NCBI GenBank assembly: GCA_050084985.1
Contig: JBITNC010000002.1
Location: 21,204,001-21,268,000 of the forward strand
Direction of reading: 5' to 3'
From: Nageia nagi
Taxonomy: Eukaryota > Plantae > Pinophyta
Length of the DNA stretch: 64,000 nucleotides
Shown here: positions 1 to 13,927 of the stretch, piece after piece
How positions within the stretch are numbered: the first letter of the stretch is position 1
Layout of the letters: each line of letters starts with the position of its first letter
Position numbers and translations under genes: made by a program
The notes under the pieces: generated by a model
Database searches by the model: none
The model's input: the letters and a program-made list of their open reading frames with translations, nothing else
Told to the model about the DNA's origin: nothing

Positions 1-489
1 TAGATATGATTGCCTAATAGATTACAGCCCATCTTGAATAGAAGATTAAAAGACTTTTAAACTCTAATTATAAAACAAAAGATTAAAAAGATAATAAAAA
101 AATTAAACGATAAGAAATGAAGGCGTTCACTCTCCTTGAAATACATTTTAAATAAGTTTGATTCTCGACATGCAAAGGAATACACTAAAATATTATGAAT
201 CACTAAACGTAAACTGGATGCAATCATTGAATTTAAAATTTTCGACTCAAGTATTAGAGTAATAATATAAGAGTTTGAGGAATGATATATCATACTAAAA
301 ACAATCTCAGGATGGACGACAAGTGCTGAGACCTACAGGAAATGGATAAAACACCATTTTGTATTTTGATGTTAATGACTCCATCATATGAAATATGCCA
401 CAACTATAAAACATGTTCTGTAATACAAGTACGTATATTACTATAGTCTTATTCAAGTACATATATTATTACAATTTTATTCACGCTAT

Positions 490-1730
490 TTAAGCAGAGG
501 CGCCGCATGTATAACAGCCATTTCCTCCAATATCAGTTTGATTGATCTGCAGTCCACAATCATATAAACCTCCTATCTTCCATGTTGAAGGAAGAACAGC
601 ACCTTTGGCCCATAACGTATCTTCGTCGTCCCCAGATATTACTACTAGTCGAAATTGCAGATCACCGTTTGGAGGGTTGCTTATGTCCCATACTGCCCCA
701 AAATTCGGTGCTAACGACTCCCAGTTCTCTTTATCAACCTGCAGATATCGATACAGACACAAACCAAATAAAATATAAAACATCGTTTATGTTTTTCCGA
801 CCTTGTCGGATTCGATATTTAAACAAGCTAATAGAAACCACTAATGTGCCACTTTACCGTAGCAACCTCGACGGCAACAATCTCTGTTTGGCCTCCTTGG
901 TACAAGAATTCCAAAGCAATGTAGTACGGATATTGACTAATTTCATGCACCTTTACTGTTAGATTGAGACCCTTGTACTCGCAGAAGATCCTGCACAAAC
1001 AATACGAAGAAAAATTGACAACTTATAATCTCGCAGATTAAGAAGTGTTTTAAAAAAATGGTTACAAGTGACAACCTTTTGTATTCGATATCGATGATAC
1101 CAGCATGTACAAGCTCAGAGCTCCTGTTTGGCAAAGCCAAGCTCTCGAATGTGTACTTGGGTGTAACAAACTCCGTCTGGTCATTTGAGGTCATGTCTGT
1201 CACCACTATTTTTGCTCCTGACTCGCTGCATAGATCGGGATCCAGGCATCTTATCTGGGTAACAAAGTTCAACAATATATTTCCGTTGTATCTAAAACTG
1301 AATGTCAAATAATCATGTGTGGTATTAATTCCTTGTTTTAGGTCATGAAGAGGTGTATGTGTGGGTGTAGTATTACCTGATAGCATATGCTGCATCCTCT
1401 TCCGCTTTTGTACATGGAGGGGCTGACAGCCGCTACATTACCGCTCTGGAAAGTTTCTGCAGATGCCCCAAAGCCACACGCCCCCACTGCAATTTCACTA
1501 GTAATCAATACTCCCTACACATAAGTAGTTTGCATATCATAATAAAAATGATTAAATCATGAATGTGTAGCGCCACCTTTTACAGCCTCATCGCTATAAT
1601 AGTAAGCGAGTTTAGAACGATGGGTGCAGCACACGGCTCCCAACACCGGGCTTAGAAATAAAATAATTGCGAATCCCATCAAATAAATTACAATTGCATG
1701 CGACCAAGAAATTACTGAATAGCTTGTCAT
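490..1730 (-). CDS. EXLA: Expansin-like A protein, 5 exons (1730-1577, 1486-1377, 1254-1076, 990-858, 738-490), ~274 aa
   Basis: All four introns are GT-AG and join in frame (825 nt). The spliced protein has a hydrophobic signal peptide, GACGFG, GRGCSICYQIRC, IVVTD..TEFV (no HFD motif), LYQGGQTEIVAVEVA, NFGAVW, LPSTWKIG and a C-terminal GCxxC extension typical of EXLA. Alternative in-frame ATGs lie at 1787 and 1679. Confidence 0.93.
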
Positions 1731-1811
1731 CGCAAAGGTCGATACTTCTTCTGCTTCAAATTTGATTTGAATTACGGGAAGTACCATATAAATAAAGCAG
1801 TAAGAGACATG

Positions 1812-1824
1812 TTTTTTTTATAGA
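1812..1824 (-). promoter_or_regulatory. Putative TATA box of the EXLA gene
   Basis: The minus strand reads CTATAAAAAAAA about 90 bp upstream of ATG 1730. An ACGT core (gacgtg) is adjacent at ~1827-1832. Confidence 0.5.
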
Positions 1825-4800
1825 GGGACGTGAAGTTTAAACTTACTGATTGAGATATTAATGGATGTGGAGCAACTAATCTTGGAAGGCACCTTACAGA
1901 GGACTGACTTCTAAGGCATCTCACTCGAGAAAACGAATTGATAGCGAGGAGAGCGTGAAAAGGTTACCTCAGGGAGGACACGTAGTGTGGGTATTTTCAC
2001 GACAAAGTTTGCATGAATGGAAGCAAGGAAAGCTATGTAATAGCAGAATGTCATAACTTGCGTATGGTTAGGAAAATAAAATGAAGATTTTACAACGTAA
2101 GCTACACACCGAAAAAAAAAAGGTGGTCACTCGCATGCCCAACTGCATTAGTGGAACGCATTTAAACAATTCAAATTCATATTCAAGTCAACCTCAAACC
2201 ATTAAAAAGAATTATTATTTCTTTTCAGGGTTTAGGGCAGAAATAAAGTATTTTTTTAATTTGTTTTTTTTTTTTAAATTAAACTAAAAAAATATATAAA
2301 ATTTAAAGACCATTATAATGAAATCATAAACCATTATACCTATAGAATAATCAAACTGTAGCTAAGAGTACAACCAAAATACTTTGCCTTTTTCATCACT
2401 CAATATACATTAATCACACCAAAAACTAGTTAGCTATTTGAAAAACGTGAATATATATCCCTCTTTACAATGAGGAAAGCACATTTACCTATTTGGAAAA
2501 TCATAACATAAATTTGAAAGAAAACAAAGTATATTAACATTTACGATAGACCAACAACAACCTATAGAACAATTATAGTGGACTAGTACATAGCATGTAT
2601 ATGTCATTGCAATCATTCCAAACACAATGGGTAAATCTGAGTCAAACATGTTAAAATAATTAGTTTGGCATTTATTATATTGGGTAGTTATACATTGTAG
2701 TTATTTTGACACTTTTGTATTTGTTGGTAGTTTCCTAATTACTAATAGTTTTGAATAACTTTTAGGGGTTTTATCAATTTAATTAAAGCCTATATAAGGT
2801 TGTATGATTTTTATGTTTCAATGCTTCACTTGTAGCCAAAAGTACATGACTCACCAAAAGTTGATGCTTATTCATCCCAATTCAATGCTTCCTAAATGGG
2901 ATTGCTGAAATTGATCGATATGCACCTAGGAGGATGAATATGGCTTGTGGTGCAAAGCTTAATCGGAACTATTGAATCCAAATAAAAATGAAATGAAATA
3001 TTATTAAAGTCTACGATGGGCCAAATATGAGCCAAGGGACTGATAATGTAAAACAGTGAATACTACAAGTAGGAATCAATGTTTGAAGTTCATAAATTAC
3101 ATATTGTAGCAACAATATTGAACATGATTTTACATTTCCTTCATTCATTTTTATGTTTACTATCTATGTTATTCTATATTTTTACTAAATTTATTTCAAG
3201 TTTTGGTTTAGTTTTGAAACCCTATGATAGCAACAACAATTAAAGATATTATCACTTGTTGTAATAAGATAAATGCTATCATTCTTAGGTGTCATTATAA
3301 TCTAGGTTTCAATGATTCATAAGTGTCATGTGTATTTGATTGAGTCTTAGTTTTAATGAGTCATATCTTAATTATTGTGGACAACTATGTTTATCTTATA
3401 ATTCATATTAATATATTTAATATAGTGTGATTATTATTGTGCTCCAATATTTATTAAAATGTTATAAAATCATGTTATGGATTAAAGAAGAAGATGGGTT
3501 GGTGAAGAAAGCTCCCAGTCTATATTATGTGAAGAAATCATTATTGTAGTTATCTTTTGTAAATAGATAGATTTAGTAATAATTTGTGTATTGTATAGAA
3601 CTTATGTTTGTGATCTATGTAAATTTCATTCGGGTCTATGGAGAGGTTGTTTGTCTCACATCTTTTGCTACTAGAGGAGGTAAAAGTTATTTATTCAAAA
3701 TTGATCTATATTAAACAATGGCATTAGAGCCAAAGGTGAAGTGCATTATTCATGTTATATCTAAGTGAGTGTGATGATTTGTTCGCTCATAGAAATCTAT
3801 CACATGATTAAAATCCCATTGTTACCAATGAGATGATTTGCTTCTAACAAAGATAAAATCTTGAGGTTTTATTAAGTGCCTATTATTTGTGTTGTCACAG
3901 TATCATGTATCACCTATTGTATATAATATGTGTGATTATTTCCATCATTTTAGCATTTGAAGCAAGTGCATCATTTGTAGTCATGCTTTATGTGCATTAC
4001 TTTTGTAATCTCTCATGCTATGAGCATATTGAACTTTTAGGTAGAACACATAGATGGTCTAGTCCATCATGTTGGTGGCTTAATGGATTTGGACATGGTA
4101 TGCAAATATGAAGCAAAGGAGGATCTGTTGCATAGTGTGAGTCAATGTTTTTCCATGGTATGCTATGGTGTGAAGTGGTGATGTCTAGTTTTAGTATATA
4201 TGTGAGGTTTGTATTTAGGTATTAGAATATATACTTTAGTTAATAGCTAGATTGGTATTTTATTATTTAAATAGTTATTGAGCATTTTATCATCAATATT
4301 TTTAGGAGTGATAAGGTGTATTTCTTAGGATTAAAATATAATTTTTTATAAAGAGTAAAGTATGTGGAGAAATTATGATGTTCATTCGATTCGAGAGATT
4401 TATTCACAAAGCTTGAATCATAAAGATAGGGAGTGAATCTCATAACTAATAATTTATTCTATGGCACTTGACAGTCGAAGAGTTGGTAATCTATGCAATC
4501 TAGTAAGAAGAGAATTTTACCATAAGGAAACTCAAAAAAAATCATGGAAGAAAGGCAAGTTCAAAAATATTTGTAAGTCTAATTTGGTTTGTGAGTCTAT
4601 CCCCTCTTGGTGGTGAGAATGTCAAAGTTGTTATCATGAAAGTTACCCTTTGTTGGTTGGATATATTTTTCCCCATCCATACTTATTAGATGTTAGTGAT
4701 TACATGTGCATGTTCCCAATCACATGGTAAATATGATTGGAAGTGTTTTTCCCTAATCATAATAATTATGAATAGATGTATTTTTTCATGTTCATAATTT

Positions 4801-7088
4801 GGATGTTTGATCATAGGTAGATGTGTGTATCCCTATCTTTTTCATTTGAAAGACTAAAATATGATGTGTTCCTTAACAAAGTAAGAGTATCACATTATGT
4901 ATATTGAAGCATAATATTGAGTATAAAAGCATTAACAACTATAATGACAAAATCTATGGATTTGTCATTAAAGGGGGATGTTAGAGATATTATCACTTAT
5001 TGTAATAAGATCAATGTTATCATTCTTAGGTGTCATGATAATCTAGGTTTCAATGATTCATAGGTGTCATGCATATCTGATTGAGTCTTAGTTGTGATGA
5101 GTCACTTCTTAGTTATCCTGGACAACTATGTTTATCTTGTACTTTCTATTTATATGTTACAATACAATATGATTACTATTATGCTCCAATATTTTTCAAT
5201 ATGTTTTCAAATTAGGTTACAGATTAAAGAAGAAGATAGGTACATGAAGAAAAACTCCCAACCCATATTATGTGAAGAAATCATTATTGTTGATCTAAAA
5301 TATGATTGTCACTTAGTAACAAAATAAGAACTTCACATCGAAGTTCTCTTCATGATGGTTCCAATGATTTGAACTGAGTACAAAAATGACTCCCAGATTT
5401 GTAATTGTGAAGGTTTGAAGATTGAGTATTCATTTGTATTATTATTATTATAAAAATTAAAAATATATATATTATTAGTTTAAAAAAGGATTTAAATATA
5501 TTGATATAGATAATATGTAAAAAAGGGTGGCACATAAAAATTTAAAATAGATTTAAATCTATAAAACCCCACTATACCACCAAAGTGGAGTGATACGCCA
5601 ACATCTTGGAGAAGCCAACATGTAGGTTGATGGTAAGGGAGAGGGGCCCCTTGTGTAAGAGCCAGACCATAGAGATAGTTGTGCACAGAAAAGGTGGTGT
5701 TGGATGTGTAAAAGGAGGAATTAAACACATAAGGGGCATGCTCATCCATTGATGTGCAAACACGTGTGCTAGAGTGGACTCTTTAGTGTGACATGAAGAT
5801 AAAATGGAGGATTCTACCTATGCTATTTTGGGAACCCTATTTAAGAGGACCTATCAGTATTATCACACAATGAATCTATGAGAGGATTCACCAATGAAGG
5901 AGATAATGAAAGTAATAATTGAAATTTATGCCTATCCGCCTATAGAACCTATTCAACTAACCGCCAACGGATGTCAACCACACATATATGTAAGGGACCC
6001 GTGAGAGGAGAACAAACTATGTGAAAGGGTAGAATTGAGGATTGCTAACACTACAAGAGTATGTGAGGGACACAGACCCATAAGACACCATTAGTTCAAA
6101 CATCAAGTGCCTATGTGGGGAAGTCTACGGTATTGTGGGGAAGGTAACAAAATATTTAGAGTGTAGAGGAAAACCATCTTGGGAGTCCACCAATGGTATG
6201 GGGATGGATGAGCTTGACTTAGAGCATACATTTGGTGTCCATTACATAACTTGTAGTGCTATACAAGTCTATCTAGTATACTACTAAGTGATCAGTGTCC
6301 ATTAATCAAGGATTGACAAGATTACCATCATTGTCACTAGCCAAAAATGCTAGTTCTCATAGGGATTGGAGCCATCCTTATTATGGATAGTTTATTTTTT
6401 ATTAATTTGGGCTTAATATGGTTGGAGATAGTTTTAAAAACATAGAGTGTTGTTTTCCCTTTAAAATAGGAAGAGATAAATACATGTTTATTTATAGTAT
6501 TTTGAAATTTACAAAAATGTCAAATTTCATTCTTTTATTTCTCTTAAAAATAGGATGGGAGGAAATATTGGTGTTTAGTGGTTACTACTAATTAGGTGGA
6601 GGAAAGGTAGGGATAGGATGAGTTGGTGGCCACAACATGGAGGATCTCTACATGTGCCAAGTCAAAAGAGTTGTAACCATAACATTTTATAGGTTAGATT
6701 TTTTAATTTTATAAAAGGAAGACTAGCTAGCTTGAATTTTTTTAGACAAATATTTTGCTAATCTTCAAGGAGAGAAAGGGGGAAGTGAAGAAATATTTCT
6801 AAGTGTTGTAATAAGGTGAGAGACCAAAAAGGATTGATTCCACTCCACATAAATAAGAGTGCTTATTTTGGGTAAAACTCTCTTGTGGCATTAATTTGTT
6901 GGGTCTTATATTATTTATGCAATTGGTTTTTTAATTCTTTTATTTTTCATGAGACAAGAAGAAAAATTTAAATAAATCCATTTTAGACAAAATAATATTA
7001 TGAATCATATATGTATTAGAGCATTTTTTATTATGGGAATTTAATAAACCTATCTTTGCAAGGCTTTGTTTGGTTGCAATTACTTTGC

Positions 7089-8100
7089 ATGAATACTAGA
7101 TCCCAAAGAAAAAGAGATGAAGGAAAGATTATTAAAGAGGATCCTAAGATTGGCTCAAGAATTTGGTTGAGGAAAAAATAGAAGCTAGAATGGTAAAAAT
7201 TAATCCAAGTACAATATAGGAATATTTTTTAAAAGGACTTAAGATGATCAAGGACACATTAAGTAACCTAGTTGATACTATTACGAATTTGCAAAATAAT
7301 CCAGATGATAGAACTAAAGGAAGAGAGAATACGATAGGAGAGAGTTATCAAATCATGAAAAGATTTCACTTGAATATGGATGTGAAATTCAAGCTCAAAT
7401 CCTTTGGAGAAGAGATGGATCTTAAAATTCTTAACAAATGGTTTAAGCTAATGGAGGCCTATTTTTGAGTCCAAAAGATTGAAATTGATTCAGATAAAAT
7501 TGAAATAACTATAGAAAAGTTAGAGGGACATGCTCTAGTTTGGTGGGAAGCCTATTTGGATTCCATCATAAGTTTTAACAAACCACTAGTGATGAGATGG
7601 AGTGCATTCAAGGAATTGCTTCAAGATCAGTTCTACCCCCTTGGCCATTGTCAAAAGCAAATCATGGAGTGGTATCATTTTAGAAAATCAAGAGGATAAG
7701 AGTTCAAGAGTACACCACTTAATTCAAGAAAAGAGCTGCCTTGCTTATTGAGTCTTTGAAATATGATGCATATTTACTAAATTATATTGGAGGCCTTCAT
7801 AGCTATCTTCATCACACCATTCTACTTTCCAAGCCTACGGATCTAGATGAAGTATGTGTCCAAGCGCAATATTTGGAGAAACATGGAAGGTATGATCAAG
7901 AGGACTATCAATCCATGTCTAAAGGAAAATATAAAGTTGTTGCATCCTCTACAAAGGGGGATAATAAGAAAAAGAAATGATATTATTCTTATTGCAACAA
8001 GGGTGGTCATGTTAAAGAAGGGTGTTGGAAGTTCTATCCAAATAAAAAACCTAGGTAGTTTGATCAAGGAAAGAAAAAGAAAAGATCAATGCTATAGTTT
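7089..8100 (+). pseudogene. Disrupted Gypsy gag (Retrotrans_gag domain plus CCHC knuckle remnant)
   Basis: ORF pieces 7244-7468 and 7741-7980. Motifs HALVWWEAY, WSAFKELLQDQFYP, YIGGLHSYL and YSYCNKGGHVKEGCW, with stops and frameshifts between them. Confidence 0.8.
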
Positions 8101-8594
8101 CAAAAGAACTTGAATAATTCCTTGAGATTAAATATTCTTCTATTATTAATTAGAATATGGCTTGTGTATGATTTAAGCTTCCAAGTGTTGTGAGTACCGA
8201 GAGAGTATCCATGCATATGCAAAATGAAGAAATGAGGTAAGAGCCATCAATCATGCAGTATGAAAAAATAGCAATGACATATCCATATCCATTTGGAAAT
8301 CATTTTTCTTATGGAGAAATTTTTGGTTTTAAGCCATGGTGCTCATGGATGTTCAATGCAATGAATTCATGGAGTCTAATTTGGCAAGGAGCCATGATGA
8401 GGAATGGGGTTCCTTGTCTTTACTATAATCTCTAAGCTTTTGGGAACCAAACTCCTTTTCAATGGGGAGGAGTAATCCAAAATCTAATTTTCACTTACCA
8501 AAAAAATAAGAACTTCACATCGAAGTTCTCTTCATAATAGTTCTATAGGTTTGAAGATTGAGTATTTATTTGTATTTTTATTATTATCAAAAGT

Positions 8595-8595
<1 letters not shown>

Positions 8596-8629
<34 letters not shown>
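8596..8629. repeat. (TA)n microsatellite within the 3' LTR
   Basis: Visible TA run, much shorter at the matching position of the 5' LTR (~5463-5472). Confidence 0.9.
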
Positions 8630-8632
<3 letters not shown>

Positions 8633-11588
8633 GGGTAAAAAAAGGACTTAAATATATTGATTTAGCCAATATGTAAAAAAGGGATAGCACATAAAAATTT
8701 AAAAAAGATTTAAATCTATAAAAGCCCATGGCCCCACTAAAGTGCAATGATATGTCAACAACTTGGAGAAGCCAACATGTAGGTAGATAGGAAAGGAGAG
8801 GAGCCCCTTGTGTAAGAGCTAGACCACAAAGATAGTTGTACATAGAAAAGGTTGTATTGGATGTGGAAAAGGAGGAATTAGACATGTAAGGGGACATGCT
8901 CATCCACTGATGTGCAAATACACATGCTATAGTGGACTCTTTAGTGTGATGTGAAGACAAAATGGAGGATGCTACCTATGTTGTTTAGGGAATCTAGGAG
9001 GTGATTCACCAGTGAAGGATATAATGAGTGGAACCATTGAAAGAGTTACTTATCCACCTATAGAACTTGTTCCACTATCTGCCAAGGGATCCTGACCACA
9101 CATACATGTCATGGACCCATAAGAGGTGAACAAACAACATGAAAAGGGGGAATTGAAGGATTTTAACACTATAAAAAGTATGTGAGGAACATGGAGCCAT
9201 AAGACATCATCATTTTAAATGTTAGGTGCCTACATGGTGAAGTCTACAGTATTATAGAGAAGATAACAAAGTTTTCAATGTGTAGAGGAAATTCATCTTG
9301 GGATTCTGTTAGTGGTATGGGGATAGATGGGCTTAACTTGGAGATACGTATGGATATTTTCCACCAACAAACCACCATAAAGAATACTTATCATGTTTAT
9401 TACATACTTTCTAGTGCTATACAAGTCTATCTAGTATGTTACCAAATGATTAGTTACCATTGATCAGGGATTGATGAGATTACCGTCATTGTCACCAACC
9501 AAAAATGCTAGTTCTTGTAGGGATTGGAGCCACCCTTATTATGGATTATTTTATTTTTATTAATTTGGGCTTAATATGGTTTGAGATAGTTTTATAAAAA
9601 TAGAGTGTTGTTTTCCCCTTAAAATAGGAAGGGAGAAATACATTTGTGGGTATGCTATTTTGAAATTCGCTAAGATGTCAAATTTCATTGTTTTATTTCT
9701 CTTAAACATAGGATGGGAAAAAATATTAGTGTTTAGTGGTTACTACTAATTTTTTGGAGACTAGGTAGGGATAGGATGAGTTGGTGGCCACAACTTGGAG
9801 GATCTCTACATGTGCCAAGTCAAAAAATTTGTAGCCATAACATTTTGTAGGTTAGTTTCCTTAATTTTATTTAAGGAAGACTAGCCAGCTTGAATTTTTT
9901 TAAGAAAAATAGTTTACTAATCTTTGAGGAGAGAAAGGGGGAAGTGAAGAAATATTTCTAAGTGTTATAACAAGGTGAAAACACAAAAGGATTAATTCTA
10001 CTCTATAGAAATAAGATTGCTTATTTTGGGTAAAACTCTCTTGTGGTATTAATGTTTTGGTTCCTATATTGTTTATGCACTTAGTTATTTAATCCTTTTA
10101 TTTCTTCATGAGACAGCAAGTAAAATTTAAGTAAATCAATTTTATAAAAAATAATATTACAGATCAATTATAGTTCTCTTTTGTAAATAAATAGATTTAG
10201 TAATAGTTTGTGTATTGTATAGTTTATTTTTTAAGAGATCTATGTAACTTTCATTCCAATATGTGGAGGGGTTGTTTGTCTCACATCATTTTCTACCAAA
10301 TAAGGTGAAAGTTATTTGTTCAAAATTAATCTCAATCTAATATTTTGAAACCTTGTTATTTTATCAAATTGGTATTAAAGCTAATGGTGAATGCTAGCAA
10401 TGATAATGTTTACCCTAAGATTCCTTTGGTTATTGAACAAATTATGATTGCTAGTGCATAAGATGAGGACAATACTTTACTCTCACTATTTATAGCATTT
10501 TATGGAGAAATATTTTGAAGAAATTACAAGTAAATTTGCTTTCAATCCTTCAATGCATTATGAGAAAATTATTATAAAAAAGAGTAAGAAAAAAATGTAA
10601 TATGCAATGGATAAAACAATCTTTCCAAAGGTTACAAAAACAACAAAGGCCAAGCAAATTTAAGAGATTATATAAAAAAATGTATCAAGTGATAAACAAA
10701 GATTTTTAAGGCTTGCAAATGATAAATGCTACATCAATTTCTAAATTTTATATCGAAGTTTTACATATTGTAAATCAAATTGGATAGCATGGTAAAATTT
10801 TAGAGGAATAAAAGGTTGTAGAAAAAATATTGCGTAGTCTTCTAAACTTGATCTAATTGTTTTGAAAATAAAAGACTGAAAATATTTATATGTATTATCA
10901 ATTTATGAACTTATACAGTCATTACACACTCATAAATGAAGGATGAACAAATATGATAGTTCTCTTGAAAATGCATTAAGGTAAGAAACAACAAAGGTGT
11001 AAGGAGTGGAAGAATAAATTATAAGGGTGAAATAGATTTTTAATAAAGAATACTTAGAAATCATAACTATGTTTGAAGATTGAAAAATACATATGAAGAT
11101 AAAAGATAAAAAAATTCAAGAAGAGAAGCATGATAATTAAGCTAATTAGCATGAATCACAAAGGTATGATAAAACTTATCTCAAATATCATTTTTCTAAC
11201 AAGTTTGAACATTTTGCAAGGAAGTGTAGGAAAATAGAGGTTTTATATAAATAAAGAGATAGAAATTTTTCCAACTAAAGTCATATTGAAAATCAAGATG
11301 ATAATGATGATAGAGAATCTATATTTATTACTTATAATAATGTAACATAAGTAATTCCAAATGGAGTGTGGCTTATGAATAGAGGTTAATGGAATTATAC
11401 AAGTGGAATGAAAGATTTGTTTAGTGATAGAGATAGTTTTATGAAATTAAATGTAAAATTGAATGATTAAAAAAAGAATTGTTGTAATTGGTAAAATAAA
11501 TATGAGCTTAAAAATTAAACAAGGAGACACAAATATAAATTGAATATTTTTTATGTTTATGAGCTTAAGCATAACTTGATGAATATCA

Positions 11589-13927
11589 TTTTTGGTATGA
11601 ATAAAAAGAAATAGATTTTAAGAGGCTCCCAAAACCTAGTGAAAAGATCACAAAGAAATTTGAAGTAAGTATACAAAGATACATAGGATGAATTTAGATT
11701 AACCATATTTTATCTTTCAAGTGCCTTTACTTAACAACCCCTATATTAAATTTTAAAAATAAACATCAAAAGCTTTAAAGCATTGGATGATCCTCACTCT
11801 ATTTGAGAGTGCTCAATAATTTATTCATAATCCTTTCAAGTATTTTCTAATGAAATACCTATTTTTGCTTAGTATGCCAAGAGGATTCTACCCCATATTT
11901 GTTGTCTTCCTAAGTACAGGGCTTGTTATTTCCAAATTTTTATCTTCTACTTTTACTTTTTCTTTTCCTCTCATTTTCTTCCATTAACATTCAAATTACT
12001 TTTGATTCATATTGCATTTTACCACTATCATTCTCTTTATGGGATTTGTCCCTCTAATTGTCATCATTTATCCATTTTAACATCAGGAAATACTTCTCTT
12101 ATTATTTACTAGCTTGGGCCTGAGATTGCAAATGATGTAGGTTGGCATATCTATTTGTTCAACTATGTGTAGAATTCTTTTGACCTTGATGACTAACATG
12201 TTTTCAACCATTCTCTTTTTCTTTATTCTCCTTTCCAACTTCTCTTTGGCCCTCTTTTGGTTCTAACTTTCACTTAAGATATTCTTTAGCATAATGATTG
12301 AATTTCTTACAAATGCAACATTTTACTGGTAAATTTTCATAGATAATTTCAAAGATCCTCCTCCTTCATGAAGGATAATATCCTTCCTAATTTTTTTGAC
12401 ATATCAATATTAATAAAAAATTTAGCTTCTATCATTAGCTTTTCTTGTTTCATTACATAATCTATTGCTACCTTATCCATAACCGATCTAGCCATAAAAA
12501 CAAGGATATTAGCATTCCAAAACTCCAAGAGTAGCCGTGGGTAGTTAATCCTTGTAGGAATTAAGTTTAGGTTTTCTATTTTAGGAAGAAAATGTGATGT
12601 TATTTTTTCAAAAGAAGGCCTTTTTTCAAGAAATAGGATTCCATTTTCAAGAAATGAAAATGAAATGAAATATTATTAATGTTTGTGGTGGGCAAAATAT
12701 GACCTGAGGGATTGAAAAAATAGAATAGTGAAAACTATAAGTAGGGGGTCCAAAAGTGCTTAGCCAAAAAAAATAAAAATAAATACAAAAGAGTGCATAA
12801 TCACACACATAGATAAGTAATATCATCCATAAGATGCATTCTCTCTTAATTTCTCCTAACATCAGATGTTGATGAAGCAATACTAAAAAAAATCATTGAC
12901 CTAGCTCCACTTATCATTAATCTAGAGTCTGAAAGATCCATGGGTACGTTGTCTAATTCCCTGCTAATGTTTAGTTTATTTGGTGCTTATAATTTTTAGC
13001 CAATATCTAGATCATACCTTGGTAAATTAGAGATGGTGAAATAGGATGTAATAAGTTGAGATTATTAAGGGTGGGAGACACCTAGATGAGAGGTTTTTGG
13101 TTGACAAAATTGGGTGGCTTCTTGATATAAAGCCCTATGAAATGTTGGTCCTCATAACAAAAAAAGGTGGATATAGAGAGAGAATCACCCCTAAAGAGCC
13201 AATGGAATCTACCTCAAATATCATATTATATTGGATAAAAAACATACATATTCATTTCTCTCTTGGAATATGAAGATCTTTTCCAACCCCTAGCTGATGG
13301 GAACATACTTGAAGTTACCCAATGGAGACCTATATGCCATGTGTCAAAGGCTACTAGAGGTATTAATGAGGCACTATCTAACTATATTGCATGTGGAGAA
13401 TTCCTTTAGAAGTGCCATACTTTTAACTTCTCTAGCCATCATCATATTTTTCTATTAGCTATCTACAAATCTCATCAAGAATTAGTTGAGCTCCTAATAA
13501 CCTCCCAATAAAGGTAAATTTCCTTTTATCTTCTTTCAAACTTAAAATTTCCTTTGGGATATAAATGTGTGCTTCACCCTCAACTATCTTTGTCTCAATC
13601 ATGAAACTTTATTTAACTCAATTGGATGCTCCCTTGTCATAACATTAATCAAATATGTTAGAGGTCTAGATGAGGTTATTTTCTTTCCTAATTCATTGTA
13701 TTGAAGCAGTCATTTGAATGTATTATTATCCAAATTCATCTTTTCTTTGCCCTAAATTCCTTGAATTTGTGAGCTCCTTATCAGGATTTATGATCTCCTA
13801 GAGGAGCTCTAAATGACCCCTCCATTACTAGCCTCCACCATCCTCTTTCAATATGAAGTTTCAGATATCCATTGGTGTTAGGCATGAGCTAACCCAAGCA
13901 TGTGTTAACCTTGACTCTAGGTTATAT
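11589..13927 (-). mobile_element. L1-type LINE derivative with ORF1 only (no ORF2), with TSD
   Basis: The minus strand gives PTRINYPRLLLEFWNANIL (~12.50-12.56 kb, the plant L1 ORF1 W..LP.LPLEFW motif) and YENLPVKCCICKKFNHYAKEY (12279-12341, zinc knuckle). A short T-run at 11589 is the likely A-tail. The element is flanked by a 13-bp duplication ttgatgaatatca (11576-11588) / ttgatgaatgttg (13928-13940) that splits the Copia protease region. Confidence 0.75.

Larger units (their letters stand above)
5291..10166 (+). mobile_element. Gag-only Ty3/Gypsy-derived non-autonomous LTR element (TR-GAG-like)
   Basis: LTRs 5291-7007 and 8473-10166 (~1.7 kb each), degenerate Met PBS at ~7011, PPT aatggggaggag at 8461-8472, TSD attgt/attat. 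The internal 1.46 kb holds only a broken gag. Confidence 0.85.
3238..10342 (+). mobile_element. Non-autonomous, non-coding LTR element (TRIM/LARD-like): LTRs ~480 bp, internal ~1.26 kb, 3' LTR split by a nested insertion
   Basis: LTR1 is ~3238-3717, followed by PBS-like tggcattagagc (3719). PPT aaaggggga precedes TG at 4979. LTR2 = 4979-5290 plus 10167-10342 and aligns colinearly with LTR1. No retroviral ORF lies in 3718-4978. TSD not resolved. Confidence 0.8.

Noticed and set aside
542-1312. Plus-strand ORFs 542-778, 582-962 and 1058-1312
   Set aside because: They are antisense shadows of EXLA exons with no motifs of their own.
5492-8960. Similar minus-strand ORFs 5492-5763 and 8532-8960 that look like a duplicated gene
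   Set aside because: They lie in the two LTRs of one element, their frames are not conserved, and one runs into a microsatellite.
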